From assembly GCA_003250975.1 (NCBI GenBank), contig QKIY01000016.1:84-64083 (forward strand): a stretch of DNA of 64,000 nt. Direction: 5' to 3'. Below are positions 48,390 through 58,431 of this stretch, piece by piece. Made by a program: the position numbers and the translations under genes. The first letter of the stretch is position 1; every line of letters starts with the position of its first letter. This stretch comes from Gammaproteobacteria bacterium (GTDB lineage: Bacteria > Pseudomonadota > Gammaproteobacteria > Eutrophobiales > Eutrophobiaceae). Below the pieces are notes generated by a model, which did no database searches, was not told where the DNA came from, and saw nothing but the letters and a program-made list of their open reading frames with translations.

Positions 48390-48470
48390 GAATATTTACT
48401 CCTATAGTTGATTGTTAAAAAGTTAAATGTAAAAAAGCATTCGTTACCAGTTACTTGCAGCTTGTGACTT

Positions 48471-48944
48471 TTAACTGTCGTTAAGCATGCTGCGTAACAT
48501 CCATGCGTTCTTCTCATGGATCTGCATGCGTTGCGTCAGCAAGTCGGCCGTCGGTTCGTCATTGGCCTGTTCGGCTATCCTGAACACATCACGCGCGGTC
48601 CTTACGACCGTCTCCTGCCCAATCACCAGTTGCCTGATCATCTCCTCGGCGGAAGGCACCTCGGTCTCTTCCTCGATCTCGGTCAAGCCTGAAAAGGCCT
48701 TGTAGGAACCGGGGGCGTGTACGCCCAGTGCACGGATCCGTTCGGCAATCTCATCCACGGCTGTTGCGAGTTCGGTGTACTGTTCTTCGAACATCAAGTG
48801 CAGTGTGTTGAACATCGGACCGGTCACGTTCCAGTGATAGTTATGCGTCTTGAGATAGAGCGTATAACTATCGGCCAGTACCTTGGACAAGCCCCCGGCA
48901 ATGGCCTTGCGGTCTTTTTCCTCGATACCTATATTGATACTCAT
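48471..48944 (-). CDS. dps: Dps family ferritin-like DNA protection protein
   Basis: [39 protein letters not shown]. Confidence 0.95.
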   Translation of the reverse strand: MSINIGIEEKDRKAIAGGLSKVLADSYTLYLKTHNYHWNVTGPMFNTLHLMFEEQYTELATAVDEIAERIRALGVHAPGSYKAFSGLTEIEEETEVPSAEEMIRQLVIGQETVVRTARDVFRIAEQANDEPTADLLTQRMQIHEKNAWMLRSMLNDS

Positions 48945-49012
48945 CGTTGTTTTCCTCGCTTTTCGTTAAGGTTCATCAATCTTGTTGGGTGCAGTATAGG
49001 TATGGGAAGATA

Positions 49013-49058
49013 ATAATTAAAATGTATTATTTTTATTTCTGTAATAGAATATAGTTAT
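49013..49058. promoter_or_regulatory. Probable OxyR operator in the dps/oxyR divergent region
   Basis: ATAA-N7-GTAT (49013-49027) and ATAG-N7-TTAT (49044-49058) resemble ATAG-N7-CTAT half sites in an AT-rich divergent promoter. Confidence 0.45.
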
Positions 49059-49080
49059 CATACTTAACCGGAGTCAAACC

Positions 49081-49980
49081 ATGCGAATGAACCTGCCGAC
49101 GACCAGGCAGTTGCAGTATTTCATCGCCCTGGAAAAACACCGTCACTTCGGCAAGGCGGCGGAGGCGAGTTTTGTCTCGCAGCCCGCCTTCAGCGTAGCC
49201 ATTCGCGAACTGGAATCCCTACTTAATGTGCAGCTGGTGGACCGCACCAAAAAGCACGTAACCATTACCGGGATAGGCAAGCAGGTGGCCATCCAGGCCC
49301 GGCTGGCCCTGCGTGATATGGAGGGTATCGTCGATATCGCCCGCGAGAGCCAGCAGCCTCTGTCCGGGCGCCTGAGCCTTGGCGTTATTCCTACGATAGC
49401 CCCTTTCATCCTGCCGGACCTGCTGCCGCGCTTGCGCAAGACTTATCCGGAGCTGGAACTGTATCTCCACGAGGACCAGACCGAACGCGTTTATGAAATG
49501 CTGATGGAGGGAGAGCTGGATATTATTCTTATCGCGCTGCCTTACGACATGCGTGGTGTGGAGTCGTTGACCTTGTTTAGGGACAATTTTTACCTGGCCT
49601 GCAAGAGGGGGTCGGAACTGGTGGACCCGGATAACTATTCAATAGAAACGCTGCCACAAGAAAGCGTGCTGTTGCTGGAAGACGGCCATTGCCTGCGTGA
49701 CCATGCTTTGTCGGCCTGCAAGATTCGCAACCTCGACAAGGTCAGCAAGGTCTCGGCCAGCAGCTTGCTGACTTTGATCCAGATGGTCGATGCCGACCTG
49801 GGTATCACGTTTCTTCCCGAGATGGCATTGCATTCCAGCCTTTTGAAACATACCCGGATCATGACCAAGGCGGTGGCGAAGAACAGTTACCGCGAGATCG
49901 GCCTGGTCTGGCGCAAGGGCAGCATGCGTAAAAAGGAATTCAGATTACTGGCTGATTTTATCAAGTCAACCCGGCAATAA
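49081..49980 (+). CDS. oxyR: Hydrogen peroxide-sensing LysR regulator OxyR
   Basis: HFGKAAE.SFVSQP, GVIPTIAPF, LLLEDGHCLRDHALSAC (both redox Cys), SLLTLIQMV. Confidence 0.92.
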   Translation: MRMNLPTTRQLQYFIALEKHRHFGKAAEASFVSQPAFSVAIRELESLLNVQLVDRTKKHVTITGIGKQVAIQARLALRDMEGIVDIARESQQPLSGRLSLGVIPTIAPFILPDLLPRLRKTYPELELYLHEDQTERVYEMLMEGELDIILIALPYDMRGVESLTLFRDNFYLACKRGSELVDPDNYSIETLPQESVLLLEDGHCLRDHALSACKIRNLDKVSKVSASSLLTLIQMVDADLGITFLPEMALHSSLLKHTRIMTKAVAKNSYREIGLVWRKGSMRKKEFRLLADFIKSTRQ

Positions 49981-50052
49981 GTACAGTGATTTGCATAACA
50001 AGCCGTCAAAATAGGTTATCATCATTGTAAAACGGGACGAGGGTACCGGCTA

Positions 50053-52770
50053 ATGAAAGCCATCTTCAGTATCATCGGGATTATTATCGGCGCATGGATT
50101 GGTGAATGGGAAAATGACCCGCTGACCGGCGCCGCGTTCGGTTTCTTTATCGGCTTACTTTCAGGGACGCTGGTCAATTTCAACCGGCGCTTGTTTGTCC
50201 TCGAAGAGCAACTCAAACTAGTCCGCGACAATCTCATCGGCAGCAGTACAACAATAAAAAAAGAACAGGCTGATGTAACCTCCAGACCTGTTGTTGACAC
50301 CGAGGCCATCACCGAGATCCCCGAGACGGAAGAGGTGACCACGGAAATCTCCGAGACCACCACAGAGGAGGTTGCCTCAACTGCCACGGACACATCCTGG
50401 GATTCGGCACCGGCCGCAACACTCCCTCCCTTGTCCGATAATCCGGTATTCCGTTTTATAAAGCGTTTCTTTACCAGCGGTAACGTGGTCGTCAAGGTGG
50501 CTGTTATCCTGTTGTTCTTCGGCGTCTCTTTCCTGGTCAAGTACGCCGCCGAGCGCAATATACTACCGATCGAATTCCGCCTTGCAGCGATAGCAGCAGG
50601 TGCCATCGTCATGCTGATCTTTGGCTGGCGGCTGCGCCTCAAAAACGCCAACTATGCTCTGGTCCTGCAGGGTGGTGCGGTAGGTGTTCTCTACCTGACG
50701 GTGTTTGCCGCTGCCAAGCTCTACCATGTGCTGCCGTTCACCCTGGCCTTTTTTATCATGCTGGGCCTGGTGGTCTTCTCCTGTATCCTGGCCGTCATGC
50801 AGGATGCGATATCATTGGCGATCTTTGCTACCGCCGGTGGTTTTCTGGCACCGGTGCTGGTCTCCACCGGCTCGGGCAATCATGTTGCTCTGTTTTCCTA
50901 TTATGCCCTCCTGAATCTCGGCATCTTCGGCATCGCCTGGTATAAATCGTGGCGGGCGCTTAACTGGCTCGGTTTTGTTTTTACCTTCGTTATCGCCTCG
51001 CTCTGGGGACTCAATTATTACCAACCGGAACACTTCCGGACTACCGAACCATTTTTGATTCTGTTCTTTTTCTTTTATGTCGCCATTGCCATCCTCTTTG
51101 CCCACCGTCAGCCACCGCAGTTAAAGGGTCTGGTGGATGGTTCACTGGTATTCGGCACGCCCCTGATAGGTTTCACCCTGCAAAGTGCCCTGGTGCATGA
51201 CTTTCCCTTCGGCCAGGCTTATTCAGCGCTCGGCCTGGGTACGATCTATTGTCTGCTGGCCACTGCGTTATGGCGCAGGCAGGTTGTAGGCATGCGCATG
51301 CTGACGGAGGCCTTCCTGGCCCTGGGCGTAATCTTCCTTAGCCTGGCAATCCCCTTTGCACTGGATGGGCGCTGGACCGCGGCAGCCTGGGCGCTGGAAG
51401 GCGCCGGCATTACTTGGGTGGGCATCCACCAACGACGCCTGTTGCCGCGGTTGTTTGGCCTGTTGTTGCAACTGGGTGCAGGGATAGCTTTCTTTACCAC
51501 GGTCGGCCATCCTCATGGCAACTGGCCGGTATTCAATAGCGACTATATAGGTTCCGTAATGATCGCCGTCGCGGGCCTGGTTATAGGCTGGCAGTATTTC
51601 AAGCACAGGCTAAATGTAACGGCACCGGAAAAGGACCTGCATTATCTCTTGCTGGTATGGGGCCTGCTTTGGTGGTTCGGCGCTGGCTTTATGGAGATCG
51701 ATTACCATGTGGCGTCACGTTATGAACTGAATGCCAGTCTGTTCTTTACCGCCGCCAGTTTCTTCGCCCTGACCCTGCTGGCTGGCTGGCTCGACTGGCC
51801 TGCGGCGAAGTATCCCGCTGTGCTGCTACTGCCAGCCATGGTGCTTACCGGTCTTATCCAATTTGATGAAGGTGTCAATCCGTTCGCAAGGCTTGGTTAT
51901 ATCTCCTGGATCAGCGCCTTTGCCATCCAGTATGTCATCCTCCACCGCGTGGAGGCGATTTGGAAACGGGGCCTGAAAGCGGCCTGGCATGCGGGCAGCA
52001 TGTATATCTTTATCTTCATCCTGGCCTGGATCATCGCCCATGCTGTCAGCCGCCACATCACCGGCATGCACAACTGGGGGCCCATCTTCTGGGGTCTGAT
52101 CCCGGCATTGGTTGTCTTCAGCCTGGTTTACCTCAAGCAAGCTTTTCCCTGGCCGTTCAGGGAATACGCCCCAAGCTACATGGGTAGCGGCCTGGTGCCG
52201 GTGATCCTGTATCTCGGTATCTGGGTATTGGCGGTCTGTTTCCGCAAGGGTGATCCGTCCCCCCTGCCGTATATCCCCGTGATAAACCCGCAGGACGTCG
52301 TCCAGCTCTTTGCCTTATTGGCCGTCATTGAATGGGTCGCTAATTGGAAAAAACACCGCATGCCAGAACCAGCATTTATCCAGCCACACCATGTCCTGGT
52401 AGGTGTGGCGGCGGTCTTTTTTGTCTGGCTTAATGCACTGGTCGCCCATGGCGTGCATTTTTATGCCGGGGTGCGTTATGCTATCGACCCGATGTTTCAT
52501 TCGGATCTCTTCCAGATGAGCATCTCCATTGTCTGGACGTTGACCGCCTTTATTCTCATGGGACTTGCCACCCGCATGGCGGTCAGAAAACCCTGGTTCA
52601 CCGGCGCCGCATTGCTGGCCGCCGTGGTTCTGAAATTATTTATTATTGATATTGACGATAGCGGTACTGTTACTCGTATCATTTCTTTCTTGACGGTTAG
52701 CGGCTTGATGTTATTGATTGGTTATTTCACACCCTTGCCCCCCAAACCTGAAACACAGGCAGCCGAATAA
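50053..52770 (+). CDS. DUF2339 family large polytopic membrane protein
   Basis: GNVVVKVAVILLFFGVSFLVKY, LQGGAVGVLYLT, GGFLAP, WTAAAWALEG, RIISFLTVSGLM; about 25 TM segments. Confidence 0.85.
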   Translation: MKAIFSIIGIIIGAWIGEWENDPLTGAAFGFFIGLLSGTLVNFNRRLFVLEEQLKLVRDNLIGSSTTIKKEQADVTSRPVVDTEAITEIPETEEVTTEISETTTEEVASTATDTSWDSAPAATLPPLSDNPVFRFIKRFFTSGNVVVKVAVILLFFGVSFLVKYAAERNILPIEFRLAAIAAGAIVMLIFGWRLRLKNANYALVLQGGAVGVLYLTVFAAAKLYHVLPFTLAFFIMLGLVVFSCILAVMQDAISLAIFATAGGFLAPVLVSTGSGNHVALFSYYALLNLGIFGIAWYKSWRALNWLGFVFTFVIASLWGLNYYQPEHFRTTEPFLILFFFFYVAIAILFAHRQPPQLKGLVDGSLVFGTPLIGFTLQSALVHDFPFGQAYSALGLGTIYCLLATALWRRQVVGMRMLTEAFLALGVIFLSLAIPFALDGRWTAAAWALEGAGITWVGIHQRRLLPRLFGLLLQLGAGIAFFTTVGHPHGNWPVFNSDYIGSVMIAVAGLVIGWQYFKHRLNVTAPEKDLHYLLLVWGLLWWFGAGFMEIDYHVASRYELNASLFFTAASFFALTLLAGWLDWPAAKYPAVLLLPAMVLTGLIQFDEGVNPFARLGYISWISAFAIQYVILHRVEAIWKRGLKAAWHAGSMYIFIFILAWIIAHAVSRHITGMHNWGPIFWGLIPALVVFSLVYLKQAFPWPFREYAPSYMGSGLVPVILYLGIWVLAVCFRKGDPSPLPYIPVINPQDVVQLFALLAVIEWVANWKKHRMPEPAFIQPHHVLVGVAAVFFVWLNALVAHGVHFYAGVRYAIDPMFHSDLFQMSISIVWTLTAFILMGLATRMAVRKPWFTGAALLAAVVLKLFIIDIDDSGTVTRIISFLTVSGLMLLIGYFTPLPPKPETQAAE

Positions 52771-52772
52771 TT

Positions 52773-54137
52773 ATGCGTTTGCTGACAACGGCATTCCTGT
52801 TGTTCTCTTCCCTTGCGCTTGCGGCCGGCGAACCGGCCATGCAGGATTTCGCCCGGGGCCATGAAATCCACACTGATGGCAGCAGTGCCATCTATCGCCT
52901 GTTGCTTCCGGAAGAGATCTACCAGACAGTCGTCCGCCATGACCTGGGTGACGTGCGGGTCTTTAACCAGGACAGGGAACGCGTCCCGTTCGCGATCCAG
53001 CGCCCGCATGAAAAAAAGGTCCTGCGCACCGCCTGGTTTGATCTGCCCGTCTTTCCTCTCAGGAAAGAAAGCAGGATGCTTGCCAGCGACCAGGCGATCG
53101 ATATCAGTATCGGGGAGGACGGCAGCATCCTCAGGCTCCGTTACAAAAACGATCCTGAACAGATCGGCGATGACGGTATTAACAGTTACCTCCTCGACCT
53201 CAGTGGCATTAGCCAGCCGGTCGATGCCCTGGAGGTGATCGTCAAGGACGCAAACGAAGAAGGTTATTTAAAAAAGGTCAGGTTGGAATCCAGCGATGAC
53301 CTCAATCACTGGACCATACTGGTTGACGATGCCACGCTGACTGAACTGAGTTATGGCACGCATTCGCTGAAGAAGAACCAGATCAACCTGCCGGGCCGCA
53401 AGCTGAAATATATCCGCTTCAGCTGGAAGGATGATAACGAGGGGCTGCGTATTTCCAATATCCGCGCCCTGTTGAAGACCGCTCATAATGAGCAGCATCA
53501 GCAATGGTCTTCAGTGAAGGCAACGCGGTCGCCTGACAACGAGAATATCTACTTGTTCGATCTCGGAGGGGTGTACCCGGTGGAACATATCAATGTCACC
53601 CTGCCCGATGACAACACCCTGATCGAGGCGGTGGTCCGATCCCGTCATGATAATGAGGACAAGTGGCGCACCCAGTATGCCGGCCTGTTTTACCGCCTGA
53701 ACATGAAGGGCACGCAACTGGAGGGAGAACCCATTGATGTGCGCCTGAGCACGGACCGGTACTGGGAAATGGAGGTTCGCTCGTCGGACAGTGTTGGCTC
53801 GGCCATGCCGGAGCTGCATTTTGCCTGGCAGCCAAACGAGCTGTATTTCCTGGCCCGCGGCAAGGGCCCCTATATCCTGGCCTATGGCAACGCGGAGGCG
53901 GAACCACCTGAGAAACCCATCAGTACACTTATGAAGGTCCTCGGCAGCGACAAGGAACAGGAGCTCGTACAGCTTGCGACATTGGGGGCGCAACTCACAC
54001 TCAGGGGCGAGAGCGCGCTGGTGCCGGAGAAACATATCCCGTGGCGTGAGATCCTGTTGTGGGTCATCCTGGTGTCGGGCGTATTCGTGGTGGGCCTGTT
54101 GTCCTGGAAACTCATGCGGCAGATGGGCCAGTCATAA
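52773..54137 (+). CDS. DUF3999 family exported protein with a C-terminal membrane anchor
   Basis: Signal peptide, DLGDVRVFN, SDDLNHW, LYFLARGKGPYILAYG, C-terminal LWVILVSGVFVVGLL; usual partner of DUF2339. Confidence 0.8.
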   Translation: MRLLTTAFLLFSSLALAAGEPAMQDFARGHEIHTDGSSAIYRLLLPEEIYQTVVRHDLGDVRVFNQDRERVPFAIQRPHEKKVLRTAWFDLPVFPLRKESRMLASDQAIDISIGEDGSILRLRYKNDPEQIGDDGINSYLLDLSGISQPVDALEVIVKDANEEGYLKKVRLESSDDLNHWTILVDDATLTELSYGTHSLKKNQINLPGRKLKYIRFSWKDDNEGLRISNIRALLKTAHNEQHQQWSSVKATRSPDNENIYLFDLGGVYPVEHINVTLPDDNTLIEAVVRSRHDNEDKWRTQYAGLFYRLNMKGTQLEGEPIDVRLSTDRYWEMEVRSSDSVGSAMPELHFAWQPNELYFLARGKGPYILAYGNAEAEPPEKPISTLMKVLGSDKEQELVQLATLGAQLTLRGESALVPEKHIPWREILLWVILVSGVFVVGLLSWKLMRQMGQS

Positions 54138-54243
54138 ACCGGTTTTGTGACGTGTAGCAACACAAATGTCACGGTAAATAGTTATATAATGAATATATGT
54201 TCCTGGCATGGTTTGCAAAATACACAGAGGAGAGGAGTTCAAG

Positions 54244-54588
54244 ATGAAGACATTTTTGAGTGCATTATTCACGCTGGCATTCAGCCAGCTGGCCCTCGCG
54301 GATACCACCTATGTCTGTAGCCACGGGGACTCCGAACGAGTTATCGAAGTGGTTTATCTCAGCAGCAGCGGCACGGCGCCCTGTGAGGTGCGTTACACCA
54401 AGAATGGTGTGACTGAGGTGCTCTGGAGCGCGCAAGCGGAAGAAGGCTATTGTGATGTTAAAGGCGAGGCCTTCGTCGAAAAGCAGCGTGGCTGGGGCTG
54501 GGACTGCGGTGAAGGAGGCGGAATGGGAATGGGAATGGATGATTCCTCTTCTTCCGATGAAATGCCGGATTGGCAGCGGCTCGAATAA
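54244..54588 (+). CDS. Small secreted four-cysteine hypothetical protein
   Basis: SD GAGGAG, signal peptide ending ALA-D, Cys pattern YVC..PCEV..GYC..WDC, low-complexity GMGMGM/SSSS tail. Confidence 0.75.
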   Translation: MKTFLSALFTLAFSQLALADTTYVCSHGDSERVIEVVYLSSSGTAPCEVRYTKNGVTEVLWSAQAEEGYCDVKGEAFVEKQRGWGWDCGEGGGMGMGMDDSSSSDEMPDWQRLE

Positions 54589-54622
54589 CCGGTATACGCG
54601 AAAAGCACATCGTAATCACATC

Positions 54623-54665
54623 AACCAGGCCTGGGAATAATTAAGTCACCCGGCCTGGTTTTTTT
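54623..54665 (+). terminator. Intrinsic terminator
   Basis: AACCAGGCCTGGG...CCCGGCCTGGTT followed by a T-run. Confidence 0.72.
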
Positions 54666-54738
54666 ATACACGTTGAACTTGCCCGCATGGAGCGGGACAA
54701 ACCTCAAGGTGTAACAATCACAGGAACGGGGCCGCCTT

Positions 54739-56364
54739 TTGTTTAACTCCATTTATCACTGGATCGATATTAATATCCTTTCCCTCAGAAGGGAGATGCG
54801 CTGGTCATACCTGCCGCCGCTCATGGTCTACATGGCGGCCGGGATCTCCGGACTCACCGCGATCGTCGGCATCTTCTTTATCAAGGAATATCTCGATCTC
54901 TCGGCGGAGTTTCTGGCTGCCCTCGGTTTCTGGGCCACTATCCCCTGGTCGCTGAAGATGCCAATCGGGCACATGGTGGATCTTATCTGGCGCTGGAAGA
55001 GTCTGCTGGTTTACCTCGGTGCCGGACTGATTACCGTAAGCCTCCTGATCATGATCGGTTTGTTGATGGATCGGGAGGCTATGGAGGCCATTATGTCGGC
55101 CAGTGCTTGGTTTGTAATCAGCACCCTGCTGGCGCCCATCGGCTATGTCATCCAGGATGCCGTGGCCGATGCCATGACGGTCGAGGCTGTACCACGGCTG
55201 GACAAGGAAGGCAAACCGTTTGACGAGGCCACGCAGAAGCTTATGCATACAACCATGCAGACACTGGGGCGGGTAGCCATCATCAGCGGGACGGTCCTGG
55301 TAGGGTTTATCAACCTTTATGTCTTTGCAGGCACGGGTGACCTACCCGCTTCGGAAAAGCAGATGCTCTACCGTGATGTCTATCTCATTGCGCTGGTCAT
55401 TCCATTGATCTCGGTGGCCGGCGTTGTCCTTGCCAGCATAATCAAGTACCGGAACAAAAGGCGGTTGCTGGCACTTGGCAAGTCACCCGCTGAGGTGGCG
55501 GCGATCCAGCAGGAATTCGTTGAAGAGACGCAGCCCAACTGGTGGATCCTCGGTGGCAGCCTGGCCTTTGTCATCTTTACCGTGGGCATGGGCTTCAGTG
55601 ATTATCAATATAACCAGGAGATTATCTTCGCCGGGTCCATGGGCATTGTCTGCTTCCTGATCGTGAAACTCACTCGCGAACTTACCCCCGAAGCGCGCAG
55701 CACGCTCATCGGCACGGCGATCATCATCTTCGTGTTCCGCGCCATCCCGGCACAGGGCGCGGGGATGACTTGGTGGATGATGGATGATTTGCAGTTCGAT
55801 CAGGAATTCTTTTCCGTGCTGGCAATCATCGGCAGTATCCTCACACTGTTCGGCATGTTTATCTTTCGCCGCTTCATGGCGGACCACTCCATTGCCTATG
55901 TCGTGGGTGCGCTGACGATTGCAGGGGCCATTCTCACATTACCCTACCTCGGCATGTACTACGGCCTGCATCTGTGGACGGCAGCGCATACCAACGGGGT
56001 GGTGGATGCAAGATTTATCGCGGTCGTGAACACAGCCTTGGAATCGCCGCTGGGACAGATCGCCATGATCCCCATGCTGGCATGGATCGCCCATTCCGCC
56101 CCGTCCAATCTCAAGGCGACCTTTTTTGCGGTCATGGCCTCGTTTACCAACCTGGCCCTGGCCTTATCGCAATTGGGCACCAAGTACCTGAACCAGGTCT
56201 ATACAGTCACGCGCGAAGTCACCGACCCCGTGAGCGGGGCAATGCTGGTCCCGGAAGATTACAGCCAGCTGGGCGAGCTGATCGGGGTCTCCATAATCCT
56301 CGGTCTGGCATTGCCTTTCGCTGCTATTCTGTTAGTCAGGATGTGCCGCATGAAATGGGCCTGA
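54739..56364 (+). CDS. MFS transporter, folate/biopterin (BT1)-like
   Basis: IPWSLKMPIGHMVD, QDAVADAMTVE, APSNLKATFFAVMASFTN; about 12 TM segments. Confidence 0.72.
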   Translation: MFNSIYHWIDINILSLRREMRWSYLPPLMVYMAAGISGLTAIVGIFFIKEYLDLSAEFLAALGFWATIPWSLKMPIGHMVDLIWRWKSLLVYLGAGLITVSLLIMIGLLMDREAMEAIMSASAWFVISTLLAPIGYVIQDAVADAMTVEAVPRLDKEGKPFDEATQKLMHTTMQTLGRVAIISGTVLVGFINLYVFAGTGDLPASEKQMLYRDVYLIALVIPLISVAGVVLASIIKYRNKRRLLALGKSPAEVAAIQQEFVEETQPNWWILGGSLAFVIFTVGMGFSDYQYNQEIIFAGSMGIVCFLIVKLTRELTPEARSTLIGTAIIIFVFRAIPAQGAGMTWWMMDDLQFDQEFFSVLAIIGSILTLFGMFIFRRFMADHSIAYVVGALTIAGAILTLPYLGMYYGLHLWTAAHTNGVVDARFIAVVNTALESPLGQIAMIPMLAWIAHSAPSNLKATFFAVMASFTNLALALSQLGTKYLNQVYTVTREVTDPVSGAMLVPEDYSQLGELIGVSIILGLALPFAAILLVRMCRMKWA

Positions 56365-56386
56365 AGAAAAAATAAGGAGAAACAAC

Positions 56387-57238
56387 ATGAAGGCGATAGT
56401 CTGTTTGTTTGCCACCCTGTTTTGCATGGCCACGCAGGCCGGACCCGTCGCCTACAAAGTCGAGCGGGTGGTCTATCCCCGTAGCGACAGTTATGGAGAT
56501 GATCTAAACGGTCTCGGCCAACCGCTGGCACAGGTCGGGATCAGCGCCACCGTCCTGCAGGAGAAATCAGTCCCGTTGCCATCACGCGAGGAATTTTCGC
56601 CCCTTATTTTGATCGGCACGGAGGGTGTAACGAGTCAGGCCAGCCTGTATGAATTCGAGAAACGTTGCGAGTTCCTCTGCGGTGATGAAGCTGAAGAATG
56701 TCACCATACGGCGCTGATCAATTATAACGGCCAGGCGATCGGCACACCCTTGCTGGCCTTGGTGGGTCTGGCAGGGGAAATCAGCGGCTTTCAGAAGGTC
56801 GAGCCAGGAGATGCAGATCCAACGACCGAATTCAGTATTCCCGAAACGACCCTGGTCTGGCCGCCGGATAATTTTCTTGCACTGGACTTTGGGGGCGGGA
56901 AGGTAAACTTTTCTGCGGGTAAGACAGGCAAGGGCGCCTACAGTTATGATGCCGGCGCGCCGGATTGCAAACTGATCTCGTACACGAATACCGGCTTCTC
57001 TCGCCTGTCGTGTAATGGCGTGGAATTCCTGTTACACGAACAACAGCCGTTATTAATGAGTTATGCGGACTACAATATCTCCAGCGTGCAGGTATTGAAC
57101 ACATTCCAGGTCAACGGCCAGGCCTATTACACTGTGTTGCTGGCGCTGAAGGCCTACACGGCCTATGGCATATTGACGCTTGACGAGACCGGCTGGCGTT
57201 TCATTGTCAAGCCCGCCGACTGGGCCCAGTTGTGCTAG
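56387..57238 (+). CDS. Secreted hypothetical protein
   Basis: SD AAGGAG, signal peptide ending TQA-G, several Cys; no family recognised. Confidence 0.7.
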   Translation: MKAIVCLFATLFCMATQAGPVAYKVERVVYPRSDSYGDDLNGLGQPLAQVGISATVLQEKSVPLPSREEFSPLILIGTEGVTSQASLYEFEKRCEFLCGDEAEECHHTALINYNGQAIGTPLLALVGLAGEISGFQKVEPGDADPTTEFSIPETTLVWPPDNFLALDFGGGKVNFSAGKTGKGAYSYDAGAPDCKLISYTNTGFSRLSCNGVEFLLHEQQPLLMSYADYNISSVQVLNTFQVNGQAYYTVLLALKAYTAYGILTLDETGWRFIVKPADWAQLC

Positions 57239-57264
57239 GCTTTTTATAAAAAAAAGTGCGTATT

Positions 57265-58368
57265 ATGAAGATCGGCGTCATAAAAGAGATCAAGGACAGG
57301 GAAAATAGGGTAGCTCTCACTCCAGAGGGCGCCGGGCGACTGATTTCAGAAGGACACGAAATACTCCTCGAGACAAATGCCGGTGTCGGTTCCGGTTTTC
57401 CCGACGAGGTCTATGCCAGGCAGGGTGTAAAGATTGTCGATACGAAGACTGCCTGGTCCGCCGACCTGGTTATCAAGATCAAGGAACCGTTGGAACAGGA
57501 ATACAAATTTTTTAAAGATAATTTCCTGTTTACCTATTTTCATCTCGCCGGTGTTGCACCCGAATTGACCCATGCCCTGATGAAAGCCGGGACCACTGCC
57601 ATCGCCTATGAGACCGTTGAGGATGCATGGGGCAGGCTGCCGCTGCTCGCGCCCATGAGTGCGATAGCAGGCAACATGGCGGCCAGTGTCGGCGGTTACT
57701 ACCTGGCGAAATTCAAAAAAGGCAAGGGCGTGCAGCTTGGCCGGGTGCTGGGCGAACGTCACGGCAAGGTCATGGTTATCGGCAGCGGGACAGTTGGCCG
57801 TCACGCCATCTTTACGGCCGATGGCATCGGTGCCAAAGTCTTTGTCTTTACCCGATCTCAGGACAAACCTGAATCCTTCATGGACATGATCTCCGATCAT
57901 GTGCAGTTTGTGCCCTCCACGCCGGAGAATATCGGTGCACATATCCGCGATACCGACCTCCTTATTGGCGCAGTCTTACTAGTTGGTGCACGAGCCCCGC
58001 ATGTAGTGAGCGAGGCACAGGTGAAGACCATGGAACCCGGCTCAGTAATCGTTGATGTAAGCATCGACCAGGGGGGCTGTATCGAGACTTCACGCCCGAC
58101 ATCACATTCCGATCCAGTCTATATAAAACACGGTGTCACGCATTACTGTGTCACCAACATGCCGGGTGCCTTCCCGCGTACGGCGACGCTCGCGCTTACC
58201 GGCGTCACCTTGCCATATATTAGCCAATTGGCAAGCGAAGGCCTGCAAGCACTTAAGGAGGACCCGGGTTTTGCAAAGGGGGTGAACATTTATCAGGGCA
58301 GAGTCACACTCAGGGAGGTTGCTGAGGCCCTGGGCCTCATGGATGCCTACCAGTCCTTTGCCTCCTAA
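57265..58368 (+). CDS. ald: Alanine dehydrogenase
   Basis: IGVIKEIKDRENRV, KIKEP, TYFHLA, PLLAPMSAIAG, DVSIDQGGC.ETS, HYCVTNMPGA. Confidence 0.94.
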   Translation: MKIGVIKEIKDRENRVALTPEGAGRLISEGHEILLETNAGVGSGFPDEVYARQGVKIVDTKTAWSADLVIKIKEPLEQEYKFFKDNFLFTYFHLAGVAPELTHALMKAGTTAIAYETVEDAWGRLPLLAPMSAIAGNMAASVGGYYLAKFKKGKGVQLGRVLGERHGKVMVIGSGTVGRHAIFTADGIGAKVFVFTRSQDKPESFMDMISDHVQFVPSTPENIGAHIRDTDLLIGAVLLVGARAPHVVSEAQVKTMEPGSVIVDVSIDQGGCIETSRPTSHSDPVYIKHGVTHYCVTNMPGAFPRTATLALTGVTLPYISQLASEGLQALKEDPGFAKGVNIYQGRVTLREVAEALGLMDAYQSFAS

Positions 58369-58431
58369 TCATAAATATCGACTGTTTCCCCGCTTTTTCA
58401 AATGCTTTTTCCCCGGTTATAAGATATTTGC

